Shown: one piece after another, positions 51,956 to 64,000 of the stretch
How the letters are laid out: each line of letters opens with the position of its first letter
How positions within the stretch are numbered: position 1 is the first letter of the stretch
NCBI GenBank assembly: GCA_028534125.1
Contig: CM052816.1
Coordinates: 96,164,001 to 96,228,000, forward strand
Direction: 5' to 3'
DNA from: Lama glama
Taxonomy: Eukaryota
DNA: 64,000 bases
Program-made: the position numbers and the translations under genes
Notes under the pieces: generated by a model
Database searches by the model: none
The model's input: only the letters and a program-made list of their open reading frames with translations
What the model was told of the DNA's origin: nothing

Positions 51956-54721
51956 TTCCCTTCTCTTATTTAGCATCTCTGTTGCCTTCTTAAAGTGGCA
52001 CCAGGCACAGTAGAGACCTGAGCCCATCTCCTGGGACTCAGAAGGGAGGGAAATAAACAGCCCCTGTGAACTGGAGGAGCCAGGTCCAGCTAGCCCTGCC
52101 CATGCGCTAGCCCCCGTGTTCAGAAGTCATGCAACCCTGATTTACCTTTTCTGAGTTTCAGGGCCCGAATCAGAAAACATTTCCATACAGTCAGTTTTGA
52201 CTAAGATGTAACATCGATTTGGGGGCGTGGATTCAGATATTCTTAGTAGCCCCGAATTTAAAAAAAGAGTTTAATTATTTTATATTTTTGTCAGCATGGT
52301 AGTCACAAGGAAACTTATACACAGAATGACAAACTTGCCCTTCTCCCTGAAATAGAAAGAGTCATGCAAAATATGACATCTAAAACATGAGAAAAATGCT
52401 AGCCATTTTGGCTGAACTCATCTTTTTCCTACCCTCAGCAAAGTGGTCTGTGCTGCTCCACAGAATGCATTTTACTGCGGAGCCAAGAATGCAGAGCGTG
52501 GATGAGGGGCTGGGCCCGCAGGGGTGGGGGTACCGCCTGCGCCCACTCACTGCTCAGGGAGAACATTCCTCAGGGAGCTGCCAAGCTGGGGAGGAGAGAG
52601 ACGGCGCATTGCCTCACATTTCCCCATTTTGCTGGGACTGACAGCGACATTTTTTGGTGTAGTCCATTAAAATTACCTCTTAGGGAATTGGGGTCGGGAA
52701 AGCATAGCCAGATCTTTGATTCAGGCCTGTTTAGAAGAGTAGGGAGGACTGAGACTGCCAGTTCTTGGTGAGCTCTGAGTTCTGTTTCACCTACAATTTC
52801 CAGCTCCTTTGGAGAAAGGGGATGACTTTGCCTGCACTGGCTTAGACATTCCATCTATGAGAAATGGAGGGGAAAATCTGTGTGATTTATGGATCCAAAA
52901 AAAGTTTTATAATCAAATCTGTTGTGTTTTGCGATTTTTGAAACACCGCAATAGAAATTGGCTTCTAAAACTATTTCAATGTATTTTACACAAATGTTAT
53001 TTTAAACCTAAATAGGCGATTCTCTTGTAATCTAACAAAAGTGCCTTGTCTGCTTGGGGTTATTCTGTCTCAACCAAAGCCCTTCCCACCATGACCTTTA
53101 GGAACTTTACAAAGAAAACACAACTGATTGTTAAGGGAGTGAAAGGTCTCCTTGATACATATATTATACTCTGTAATTTTCAGAAGACTCTTGTTTGTGA
53201 TCTCATTTCGGTATTTTTAACACCAAGTTCCTAGAATTATTTTGCTAGCTAGTGGGAGAGTTGTGATTAGAATCCAGAGCTCTGTGTGTTGTTTTTCCTG
53301 CTCTAGCCTGTGGTCCTGCTCCCCAGGTCACCAAATTCCTCTAGTAAACAGGGAGATGCCACGTGATTCCGAGTAGAAAAACATGACACCATCCCACCTG
53401 GGAACCTGGTGATCTAGGGAGTGAAACAACATTTTCATCCAATGTGCCAATATTTGGGAACCTATGACTTAATCAGTGCCTACATGGCACATACCAGAAA
53501 TGCCTTTATCCTGTATAACTGCTCCAAGAATTGAGGATTCTGTGAGATTAGATAACTAAGAACTGTGCACATTACACACACACCAAATTTGGGGTTTTAA
53601 AATTGATGTTCCCGAACAAGTTTCCCATGGAGTCAGCTCAGTTGAAAATAGTCTCATTATGTAAATAAATATATATATAGTTTTTTAATTTATTAATATC
53701 CTACCTTATAGCCATTCATATATATTTACATGCATATATGTGTATATGTATATATTTATAGATAGATACATTTATATCAACATATTTGTATGTCTAAATA
53801 TGGTTACAGTGGCTTGTCTCTATACCCAAACGTTTCTGTAATGTGTGTGCACATATATATAGATGCCTTATAGATGTGCTTATATATATATTTACATCTG
53901 ATCGGGTGGTATGGTTTTTCAAGATCCCCCTGGCAGTCATGACTTCGGTTGTGTACATTCAGCCTGAAAGGCACATGCAGTGACTATAAATTGCTCTTCT
54001 GCATTTGGGGGCTCACCAGGTAATGCATCATTAAGGGAAAGACACTGCGTTCAGTGGAAGTGCTGTGATTAACATAAAGCCATCAGCCCCCTCTCCCCCC
54101 GCGTTGCTGGGCTGGTGATGAGCAGGGTGTCGTCGAGGCTTCCCACCTGTTCACAGGTCATCCTTCTACACACTTCCAGCCCTTCTTCCAGCAGAACACC
54201 TGTTTGGAGGGAAAAAAAAAGTGATGAAATGCTATAGAGTAAAAACCAGTTAATTCATAAAGAAAATGGTCCTAAAACACATGTTTTCCCTGCTGGGGCC
54301 GAGGCCTTCTGTCCTTGAGATCAAGCGAACGTTGGTCCGTCTCACCTGAAAGCTCTTGAGGGGAGTCGGCCACTGTGCATCTTGGCCGTTAATCCAAGCA
54401 GGACTCGCTGCAAAGCCAAGGACTGGCTGACCCCCCACTGTGGGACCGCAGGCACAAGTGGGCTGTGTGAATGTTCACATAGTATTGTCGAGAGTCTCAT
54501 TACCGGCAGCAGAAGCCGAGGGGAGGCAGACAGAGGGTAGCTTTGGAAACGTGTGCCGTGACTTCTTGGAAAACCAGCATCCATTCAATCCCCTTAAACC
54601 ATCTTCAAGATATAGAAGTGGGATAAAAGAAAGGTGAGATTCTTATCCTGGACATCTAAATAAGCTGATTTAAAAGATAAACCTATAATTTAACCCCCTA
54701 AAGGGACTTCTGCATTATATT

Positions 54722-54885
54722 TTAATTTTTTAACTTTTTTATTTTTATTTTTTCTATTTTTTCCATTTTTGAGGGGGGAAGGAATTAGGTTTGTCTTTAA
54801 TAGAGGTACTGGGGATTGAACCCAGGACCTTGTGCCTGCTGAGCAGGCAACCCTACCACTGAGCTGGTTACCCCTCAGTTACCCC
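54722..54885 (-). mobile_element. Camelid tRNA-derived SINE (Vic-1-like)
   Basis: Reverse B-box ggggattgaacccagg, A-box region accactgagct, ggggg..aattaggttt tail, and a T-rich end. Confidence 0.85.
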
Positions 54886-55079
54886 TAGTAACTGTATTTT
54901 AAAACAGCTGGTCCAAGCCGTGCTGTTAGCAAGTTCACATAACCCGTGCAAAGGCTGCATCTGTAGCGGAGACTGACAAAGTGATGACTGGTGGTTTCCT
55001 ACAGGAGAATTTGGATCTTGGGGTCACCATCACGAGGAGACTCAGTATTTCAAGGCCTGCTGCTCAGACTTTTCCTGTC

Positions 55080-55200
55080 TTTTCTCTTTTTTTTTTTTTG
55101 TCTAACTGTTGTAGTTTACTTTTTTAAACTTTTATTTATTTGTTTATTTGTTTTAATTTTTTTTTCTTGGAGGGGAGGTAATTAGGTTTATTTGTTTCCT
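55080..55200 (-). mobile_element. 3' remnant of a camelid SINE (Vic-1-like tail)
   Basis: T-rich tail plus gggggaggtaattaggtttatttgttt. Confidence 0.6.
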
Positions 55201-56481
55201 ATCATTCTTGATTTTGACTCTGATTCCTAAATTTATCTTCTGCTCAAAAGCGAAGTACCTTGCTTTCTTCCATTTCCCTGTTTTTACATCCTGGTTTGCT
55301 CGCCTCAATTGCTCATCTAAAAAAAAAAGTTGTTATTCTAAATGTGTTTATTTGTTTAGGGTTCACACCCAGTCTGCTTTTAGGCAGAGTCAGTTGAAGC
55401 AGTTTGTGAATCAAACTTAAGGGGATTTTCGTGGGGGTGAACCAGGAAGGGGCTGGGCTAAGCTCACCCAGACTGTTGGGCGAATGAGTTCAGTTTTGGA
55501 CAATTAGGAAGAAACACAGAAACGGGACCCTGCCTCCAGTGGTTCCTCCTGCTGGGCACAGTGGGTGAGCAGACCTCTTCCAGCCTCACTGCGGATGAGA
55601 CCGACCCCCTTCCCCTCCTCCCTGTTCCCTCTGACCTTGCAAACGGGGCTCACCTAGAACATTACCCTCATCAGGCCCAGTTTGTCATCAGCCCCTGCGG
55701 CTTTCGTGGGTCTGGGCCTGCCCTCCATCCTCTTAGAGAAAGACTGCTCGGGCCTCCATGTCCAGTTGTCCTGTTTCCTGACCTTCTCCTGGCTCCTTCC
55801 TGACACACGCACTCAGCTACAGGGAGCCGATCGGGGGGCCCATGGGCACGCATGACCCCACCCCCCACCGACAGCCCTGCCCTCTCAGAGTAGAGTGTAT
55901 TCTGACGGGGCCCTGATTACCAGAACATACTTTTTAATTCTCTATTCTAATTGAAATAGTATTGTGTTCTCCCCCACTTACTTTTTTCCAAGAATTTTTT
56001 TTTTTGATTCCCAGTTGGATTTGTGCCGCCTCTGCCCCACTTCAGCATCCTGCTCCTCACCTTCCCTGAGCCTCTTTCTAGTTCATGTTCATGATGGGCC
56101 TTCAGGAAGGTCAACGGCCCAGGGTTCTAGTTTCACTTTGTCTCTCTTCTGGGAGATTAAGAGAAACACCACCTTTGTTATCTTGATTGCTTCTCTTCCC
56201 GTAGCTGATTAGCCCTTGCTTTCCTTCATGGGTCTGTAGAACACAGCCAGCAGATCACGTCTTTTCAGTGGGGGTGACGCTCTTGCAATAGCTTACCCTT
56301 GACCAAGTTCACGGCGAAGTGCCTGCCTCCAGTGCATTTCTGCCTTGTGTCAGTCTCCTGCTTTAAAGAAAGCAACAAAACAGTTCTTTTACATTTTGAC
56401 TCATTCCTGAAAGGGTTCGAAAAGCCGCAACAAAAAGCCAACCAAATCCCCATCTCTCTACTGTTTGCAGTTTTCTCTCCT

Positions 56482-56572
56482 TTTTTTTTTTTTTATGATG
56501 GTTCTGGGGATTGAACCCAGGACCTAGTGCGTGCTAAGCACGTGCTCTACCACTGAGCTAGACCTTCCTCCC
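56482..56572 (-). mobile_element. Camelid tRNA-derived SINE (short Vic-1-like) with 8-bp TSD TCTCTCCT
   Basis: ggggattgaacccaggacct..gtgctaagcacgtgctctaccactgagcta; TSD at 56474-56481 and 56573-56580. Confidence 0.88.
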
Positions 56573-57434
56573 TCTCTCCTCTATTACAGTGTCACTGTGG
56601 TGTCTGTCTCATCTGTTCACGCCATTGAGAGCCCTCTTGGCCCTGTGTTTCCCGTGACGTCTTTCCAGGGTCCCCTCCGATGCGGTCAGGCCGGGTGTTT
56701 CCATCCTTGTCTTGATCCTGTCTCTGCAGACTCGGGCCCCTCTGCTCTCTAAGGCTGTGGTTTCCCCGAGCCCCTCCTCCCCTCCTCCATGTCTTCCAAG
56801 CACTCCCTGAGCCTGGGAAGGGATAACGATGTGCTTTTTTGAAGTCTTGCTTTGTTCTTTCTCTTTAGAACTCTCCTGCCCTTCCCCCAGTTATAAAAAC
56901 AAAACAGAACAAAATAGGCCTCCCCATCTGGTGTGCCTTTCCCAGTTCCCCAAGTTACACTTTAGTTTACACCCAATTCTTAATTTTTCTGATAGTTAAC
57001 TTCGAACTTTCATTCAGTCTTTTTTTTTTTTAACCTCAGTGAAAGTATCTTCAGATGAGCAGCCAGCGCTAATTTGTTACTATTACTGTTAGCAGTGTTA
57101 GGAAAATTATCTACCTTTGATATTTCACTTTACGTTTAGAAAGCAAACTCAAATATTTTAGCTAACTTCACATTCACAGCTCGGCCATGCCCCTGGCTGA
57201 TTGATGGTAGCTCAACATTTCATGGAGACAGGGGTTCCATTGGTTGAAAAGAGCACTGCTGTGCCGTTAAATCCAGATCTTCCTGCTTTGGGGCATCGTG
57301 TGAGTCAAACCATCGTATCTTCACTCAGCGTCTTCTAGGTCCAGTTGGCTGGTCAGTCACTGCGTTCTGTGCATTTGCTAGAGTCCGGCTTTGCCCTTTC
57401 GCTCCTCCCACCGTGGTCCAGGCAGGAAAGGAGG

Positions 57435-57972
57435 TGCTACTGAGTCCAAACGCGTTCTGCTCGCCGCACAACAGGCCGATACACCGGGAGACGAGGGGCT
57501 GAGGCAGGGAAGAACGACTTTATTCAGAAAGACTGAGAAGATGGCGGACTAATGTCCTGGAGAACCATCTTCCCTTAAGTCGGAATTCAGGCTCCTTTAT
57601 CCTAAAAAGGGCAGGGCATGTGGTTGGTTGTTGCAAACTTCTTGGTGTTGGACTCCTTTGTTCTTGTGACTGTCTACCTAGGTCAGTCATGGTGTCCCTG
57701 TGAACTTCTAACAAGATAAATGTTACTTTTTATTCTGCAGCTTTTTACCTTTATATGAATGGAAAAGTATTATTACTCTTAAAGTATTAATGAATTAATA
57801 CTCTTAAAGGTCAGAGCCTTGAGAATGGACTCTCCTGTATATTTCCGGCTCTAGGCAACATTCTTTTACAAACGGTGCAGAACCAGCACGGCTCAGCACC
57901 GGAAACAGAGCACAGGGTCAGAGCCAGAGGAACAGATCCACCATGGAGTGAGATTTCTTCTTCCTTCTTACA
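57435..57972 (-). mobile_element. ERV1-type solo LTR, TG...CA, perfect 4-bp TSD GAGG
   Basis: GAGG at 57431-57434 and 57973-57976; minus-strand AATAAA (tttatt near 57519); CpGs retained; internal duplication of tactcttaaag. Confidence 0.9.
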
Positions 57973-58124
57973 GAGGAGCGGCGGAGTATGGAAGCGGTTT
58001 CCTTGCCTGTCTCCTGAACTGCATGCAGTCTTCCTGCCTCCGTCGGCTTCCACATTGATTCCCGAGTGGCCCTTCAGTAACAAACATCAGATTAGGTCAA
58101 AAGTTCATGCAGCAAAAACATATA

Positions 58125-58590
58125 AGGGGTCCCTTCACATTCAGAATAAAATGCAAACTCAAGGGCCTGGCGTCCCTGGCCCGTGTCTGGCTCCCTGGCT
58201 TCTGTGTCGCCTCTCCTGTACGCAGTGAAAGCACACGCTTCCTCTGGCTGGGATGCCCTGGGACAGTCCATTCTCCCTGCTGGGGATGTCTTTTCCCTCC
58301 TTTGCTCAGTAAAGTCTTGCAGGTATCAGGTGACAGCTCCAGGAAGCCTCACCAAATCCCACTCTTTCTTTGAAACTTGTCTAGGTGTCACCTCCTCTGA
58401 GAAGCCGTCCTAGACCGCCTTCTTTCCTTCCCCTCTGGAATTAGCAATACGTTCTTCTGTGCTTCCTTATTAGAGCATGCACACAACTCCCTGTGTTTTA
58501 ATTTTGCACTAAGGGCGTAGATTGGGACATCTAACACAGTCTCTTCCAAAGAGTACCTAATCAGTAGATGCTCGCTGGCTGAATGGAGAG
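58125..58590 (+). mobile_element. L2 3' fragment
   Basis: cacattcagaataaaatgcaaactc..aagggcctg ... tgtcacctcctctgagaagcc..cct ... cagtagatgctc..gctgaatg. Confidence 0.65.
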
Positions 58591-59302
58591 CTTTCTAGTT
58601 GAAACTCCTTGCACTCCTGTGATCGTGCCCTGGATTTCTGTGTATGCTTTGCAGTCACAAAAATTATCCAACTCTGGGTCATGCCTCAGCCTGGACTGTT
58701 ACCCCACACGTTTCAGACATCCTTTCTTGGTTAGCAATCTTTTTCACTTGTCCATCAAAGAATCAAACATGTTCATAGATTCTTGCTGTGTATGCAAGGT
58801 GGTTTGAGAACTTTATGTAAAACTCACTCCAGTTTGTAATCGGAGTTTCACATGTGACCCTCACATTTGGAGAAGCATTCACCATGGTTTTTCAAGTTCC
58901 TGGGGACATTTTCTAAGGCACTGTTTCATGAGCAGCGTCTAATAGTTTCCTTTATTTATTTTCCTAATACATGTCAAAGGCAGTTTAGGGTTTGCACTGT
59001 TACTGGATACAACTTGAAAAGAAACCACAGTCATCAAAAGAAAACACATGCTTTGAGATTTTAACTGAATATATATTTATCTTTAAAAATTCCTCTATTG
59101 AGCAAACATTCAGATAGGGACAATCAGACTATTTAAGAGTTTTGTTGTTATTTTTTGGTCACTATCTGAGGGGTCGTTTGTTTGGTTTCTTTTTTAGTGG
59201 TCAGTTAACATTTAATTTATTAACCCGATAAGACGTATTTATATTCACCATTCCTTTTGTGCTCAGGCCTCCTCAGTGTGCTTCTTGTGATTTTTTTTTC
59301 AG

Positions 59303-59401
59303 GAGGAGTGTCAGAACTACATTCGGGTGCTTTTGGTGGGCGGCGACCGGTTGTTTACCTGTGGGACCAACGCTTTTACACCCGTCTGCACCAACCGCAC
59401 G
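59303..59401 (+). CDS. SEMA5A: SEMA5A internal coding exon (Sema domain), 99 nt, phase 0-0, EECQNYIRVLLVGGDRLFTCGTNAFTPVCTNRT
   Basis: T-rich tract plus CAG acceptor ending at 59302 and donor GTATGT at 59402. It carries the semaphorin signature C.NYIR...CGTNAF.P.C. Confidence 0.98.
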
Positions 59402-61025
59402 GTATGTCTTCATGTGCAGCTTCGGCAGATTTGAATACCAGCAAAACCCGAACATTCTAGTAAAAGCCTAGTTTTAAGTGTGTTTCTATTTTTCGAGGAG
59501 TTGCTTTTTAATTAAAAAAAACTTCTGTCAAATTGAATAAATATTTGATGTATTGATATATTTCTGATCACACTATTACAAAAAGAACTAGTCATAATTA
59601 CGGCTCGCTTCATTACATTTAAATATGCTTTCAAATGCATTTCTACCAGCATTTTCACCACCAGTGACCCTAAACATCATCTTGCTGTATTGTAGGAATA
59701 CTGTTAAGTGTGAAAATGACCTAAAATCACAATCCAGATGAAGAAAATACAATTTACAAATTGGATAAGGGATGTGTCAAAAAATTAAAGCAAACGAACA
59801 AATGGAATCCTAGGAAAAGTGAAGTTATAACCCAGTCTCTTTTCCTTTTAACCTGTCATTATTGACAGTGGAATTGTCAGCATCCACGTGTTATACCTGA
59901 GGACCTGCAGGGTTATCAGAGCACACGTGTAGACTTCCTCATTTGGGAGATTCCTTTGATCTTCCTCAAGGAGCATAATGAAGACATACCATTATGTTAA
60001 TTTCCTGGTTACACAATTTCCCTCAAAACTTGAATTTGTCATCCTCTTACTATTTGTTATTTTCAACTTAACATTCAGTTTTTGGAAATAAAGGGAGGAT
60101 GATGATGAGAAGAAATGATGCTCAGAGGGAGATCCCTAGGTACCACCCCTAGGTACCTTAGCGAGATCCCCAGGTGCCTGTTCTAAGCCCTTTATAACAC
60201 CCCGGTCACCTCATCCTTACATCTGCTCCATATGTGGTTGTCCTCTTGGGTCACCATTTTGTAAAAAAAAAAAAAAAAAAAAAAAAGAGTCTGAAGCTTA
60301 AAGAGCTTAAGTAACTTACCCGGGCTACACGTCTCATCGAGCCAGCAGTGTATGTGAGTCCCCCTGCCTAACCCCCCTGCTCTCTTACCTCTGGGGTAAG
60401 AGTAAAGAAACCAGTGGAGGGGAGATCCTGCACCACCCAGAGAACTTTTCTCATTCATTGATTCTTCCGCTTTTCAAATGCTGGCTTCCCACCCATTGAC
60501 TGCATGACACTGCACTGTTTCCCTGTAAACAGAAAAGTCTTGGAAATTAGGGCAACATCATTCTAAATAGCCACACATCCTTTCCCATGAACACAGATTT
60601 GGGTTATTCATACTATTCTGATTCACTTTTATTGGTAACATTGTGCATGATTTTTATTGCAGTTGATATCTCTATAAATACTGAAGTTGTTTTTTTTTAA
60701 TTAAAGTGGAAAAATCTGCACTGCTCCATGCATTATAAATAGAAGTCACATGCAATGATCTTCTTGTTTTGTGAGTATTTGATAGCCTGAGATTCAGTAA
60801 TTCTCACAGGATGCTGAGAGAGATCGGTTGGTAGATTTGCTAAGGCTGAGCTCACCCTGCTGTCTTCATCCAAGTCTGAGTGCAGAACCTTGTCATGTCT
60901 TGTCGTGAGCCCCAGAGAGTTCATTGCACACGCTTCACTTGCCATTTGGGTGGACAGAATCCACTGACACTATGAAAGGGCTCTCCTGGGGGTAACTGGT
61001 TTCTCTCTCTCGTCCTCACTCACAG

Positions 61026-61239
61026 TTGAGCAACCTGACGGAGATCCATGACCAGATCAGCGGCATGGCACGCTGTCCCTACAGTCCCCAGCACAACTCC
61101 ACGGCTCTCCTCACGGCCGGCGGGGAGCTCTACGCTGCTACGGCCATGGATTTCCCTGGACGCGATCCTGCCATTTACCGAAGTCTGGGCATCTTACCGC
61201 CTCTTCGCACGGCGCAGTACAACTCCAAATGGCTCAATG
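61026..61239 (+). CDS. SEMA5A: SEMA5A internal coding exon (Sema domain), 214 nt, phase 0-1, LSNLTEIHDQISGMARCPYSPQHNSTALLTAGGELYAATAMDFPGRDPAIYRSLGILPPLRTAQYNSKWLN
   Basis: Pyrimidine tract plus cacAG ending at 61025 and donor GTGAGT at 61240. It has the semaphorin motifs G.ARCPY.P and LRT.QY.SKWLN, and corresponds to ORF 61026..61325 up to the donor. Confidence 0.98.
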
Positions 61240-62317
61240 GTGAGTCTTACGGCCACTCCCATTTCCCATCTCATTTGTCTGTGATGCCTGGTTACCTGGT
61301 GCTCAAAAGTTGTCATAGTTTCTAAAGAAAAGCCATTTCTCCATTTTTCTCAAGAAATCAAAATGCAGCTTAGTTTGTGCTTCAGTGGAGAAAGACACGG
61401 CATGGTTCCTTGCCAGTCAGGAAGAGGAGTGAGGTTCTCAACACTGTAGGACATGATGAGAGGACTCATGTTGATATGAGCATTCATCAGACTGAAGCTG
61501 GTTTTGATATCATCGTTTGACGTGTAGGAAATCTGATGTCTCAAAGATAGCTGTAGATGCATGTGCATTCTCTCTTAACTTTATTATATATCAGGAAGGA
61601 GAAATCAGTAGCATTTTATGAAATTTTCAGACAACTGTGTAAAGAATGTGTTTGGCTACAGGTAGCTCTAAAAAGCTTGACCAATTTAAAAAAGGCATCA
61701 AGTCATATAACTAGAAGGTTGGGGTGGGGGTCTTCAGAGTTGCTTACTTTAATTGCCCAAGAGTTAGTAAGGACCAAAGTCCTGTCCCCACTCTCTCTGC
61801 CACCCCCAGTCAGTCCGGTTGGTCCCCAGGCTAGGTCTGCTCAAGGATGCAGACTCACCGCTACAATTTCCGGCTCTGCATCAGATCTGACAATATCCAG
61901 TGGAAGAAGAAGAACCATGTTTCTTGTGTCTTTTTTTTTTTTTAAGAAATCAAAACCCCCCAGATGATTTTCCTTCAAGCTTGGGCTAGAACTTGGTGAC
62001 CTGCTCACTAAACAATCAGAAAGTGGTGCCAACCAGCCAAATTGCTGTGTACAATGCCCTGAGAGGAGTTCCTGAAATGCAGCCCTCTGTATACGTGCAT
62101 GTTCATGTGTGCGTGTGGTTGTGGTTACACACACACTCACAAGCACAATATTATGGATAGATCTACGTGCCATTTGCAGTCTGCTCCTCAAGGATTTACT
62201 TGATGGTTTGCACAAAGATGAAATCTTATAATTGCCCTTATAATATTTATTACCTTGAGCTTTCAAGTTCTACAAAGATTTACTGGCTTCTCGCTAAGAA
62301 CAAGCTAATTATGTAGA

Positions 62318-62538
62318 CCTGAGTTTCTCAGCCTCAACTCAATTGATGTTTTGGGCCAGAGAATTTCTTGCTGGGGGAGGGGGTTTGTCCTGGTTATTAT
62401 AGGACGGTTAGCATCTCTGGCTTATGCCCATGATATGCAGCAGCATACCCCACCCCTCAAGTTGTGACAACAAATAGTTTTTCTAGAAACTATCAAATAT
62501 CCCCTGGGGAAAAATTGCCTTTTGTTGAGAACCACTGG
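62318..62538 (-). mobile_element. MER20 DNA transposon
   Basis: gtttctcagcctca..ttgatgttttgggccaga ... gttgtgacaacaaa ... ttgttgagaaccactg. Confidence 0.85.
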
Positions 62539-64000
62539 TTTAGAATGATCATTTATGAAGATGTATGTATACGTGTTTATAAACACACAAGTGTTTTGTC
62601 AAATAATATAGTCAAACCAACCATCACAGTTTATCTTTAAAAGACTAAAGGAGAGAGTGTTCTCATCCCATTTCCTCAGCAAGTTGAATGACTGTGTGCT
62701 TCCAAAGGACATGAATTGTTTCCCAAACCACAGCAGTAACTAGACTTCCTCCGTTAACATTATTTCTGTTGAACCGGTTTCAATTGAACCTTTCGATTCT
62801 CTATAGAAGAAGGTCTCCTTTCTGCCCCGAAGCTTTCATCTGTGTAACTTGAAGTTCTTTCTATGCATGTGTTGACTTTTACTGGCCAGAATTTCCAGTT
62901 AGAAATCAAAATGACTTCTCCCCCAACCAGAAGCATTGTAATTAGAGTTTGCGGAACGCAAAGAGTAATAAGGAGCACGATTTCTTTCTTTTTCCAAAAG
63001 GGACAACTTGAAGAATATCTCAGAAAAGTAATTCAGGTCCTAGCATGAGTTAGCAACATTGGAAGGTCCTTTCCTTGCGGCTCGGACACCCAGCTGATCA
63101 GGTGCTCAGATTCTGTTAACCCTCTGGGTGGCATTCTTCCCATTAGAGAGTCAGGTGATGTCATAAGGATACAGTCACAGTGGGCATCTGTGTCCTAAAA
63201 TCATACATGATGTTATCCAACAGATGCAGATGTTGAAAACATGGTGAAGCCGCCACTCTGCTCATAGCCTGTAACTCTCGCGGCACTGAGTGGTCCCTCT
63301 TTCCCCAGAGAGCACCCTCCCCCGCCCCCAACACCAGGAAGGCCCTCACTCCCAGGGCGAAGACCCAAGAGCCCCGAGAGCCGTTCCTGTGAGTTGAGTG
63401 TTCGTTTCCTCTCCCGGGTCCTGTTGGGGCACTTCCTTCTGCTGTTGAATCCGGAGATACCCTTTCTCCTTCAGGTTGGCTCTGGTTTTCTGCTCTGATT
63501 GATCCTCCACATCCAGGGTAGATTCTGGCCTCTGACCCCCACTTCGCTGTGTTTCTGCCCCGCTGCTGAGCCCAGATGCAGGGACATTTGTTCTCACTGA
63601 CGTCCACACTCTGCATGCCATCTGCTCTCTGACCAGACGCCCTTGTCCCCTTGTGCTGTGCGCTGGAGTCGCCTTTCTCCACTATGCCTGTTATCCCTTC
63701 TTTTTTGCCATCATCTTAAATTTCTTGCCCTCTGGTGATGACCACCATCTTTCTGTAAAAATTCTCAGATCTCCTCTCTTTTCAATGAGACAGAACCACA
63801 TAAAGAAACCCAAACATACCAAAGACAAACACTTTTAATTCTGCAGTGGTTGTGATATTAGAGCCCCTTCAGTGATGCTGTCATCTTCTTGTCCTCAGCT
63901 CTCAACTGACTGGAGGTCAAGGCACAGGTGTCAAAAATTGGAGATCGGAGAGTTGGGTTTCTTCTTGGTAGAGCTCAGTGGGCATGTTGGAAAATCCCAG

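Noticed and set aside
56495..56572. tRNA-like A/B boxes (also at 54810-54870)
   Set aside because: Poly(A) tail, TSD and degenerate cloverleaf indicate tRNA-derived SINEs, not tRNA genes.
60128..60180. Three short imperfect repeats (ccctaggtacc)
   Set aside because: Tiny degenerate local duplication with no array or spacer structure.
61240..61325. Continuation of ORF 61026..61325 (GESYGHSHF...)
   Set aside because: Intronic read-through past a strong GTGAGT donor; similarity to SEMA5A stops at SKWLN.
1..64000. CRISPR arrays, operons or other prokaryote-type systems; remaining ORF-track entries
   Set aside because: The sequence is mammalian intronic DNA. No regularly spaced repeats were seen, and the other ORFs lack recognisable domains or splice context.

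Overview
Mammalian, almost certainly camelid (tRNA-derived Vic-1-type SINEs and camelid-type L1 3' ends; no Alu, Bov-tA/BovB, PRE-1 or Can-SINE seen), mostly intronic DNA inside the semaphorin-5A gene (SEMA5A, + strand). Three coding exons of the N-terminal Sema domain are present, at 48449-48511, 59303-59401 and 61026-61239. All have canonical AG/GT boundaries and splice into one open frame; by recollection they correspond to human c.271-646, about exons 6-8. The first ~48 kb is the 3' part of one very long intron filled with fossil repeats: MaLR/MLT1 and ERV solo LTRs, L1, L2, L3/CR1, MIR and hAT DNA transposons (MER20, MER58, MER5). Most supplied six-frame ORFs are chance frames. I found no convincing new biological system. 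The most interesting reconstructable items are (i) a TSD-flanked, non-repeat poly(A) retrocopy at ~9.0-9.2 kb, (ii) an L1 insertion at ~46.35-46.72 kb combining a 5' inversion and a short 3' transduction, and (iii) a 4-kb pile-up of antisense solo LTRs, one holding a young L1 with a perfect 15-bp TSD. Repeat family names come from recalled consensus motifs, not from a search, and boundaries without a TSD are approximate.
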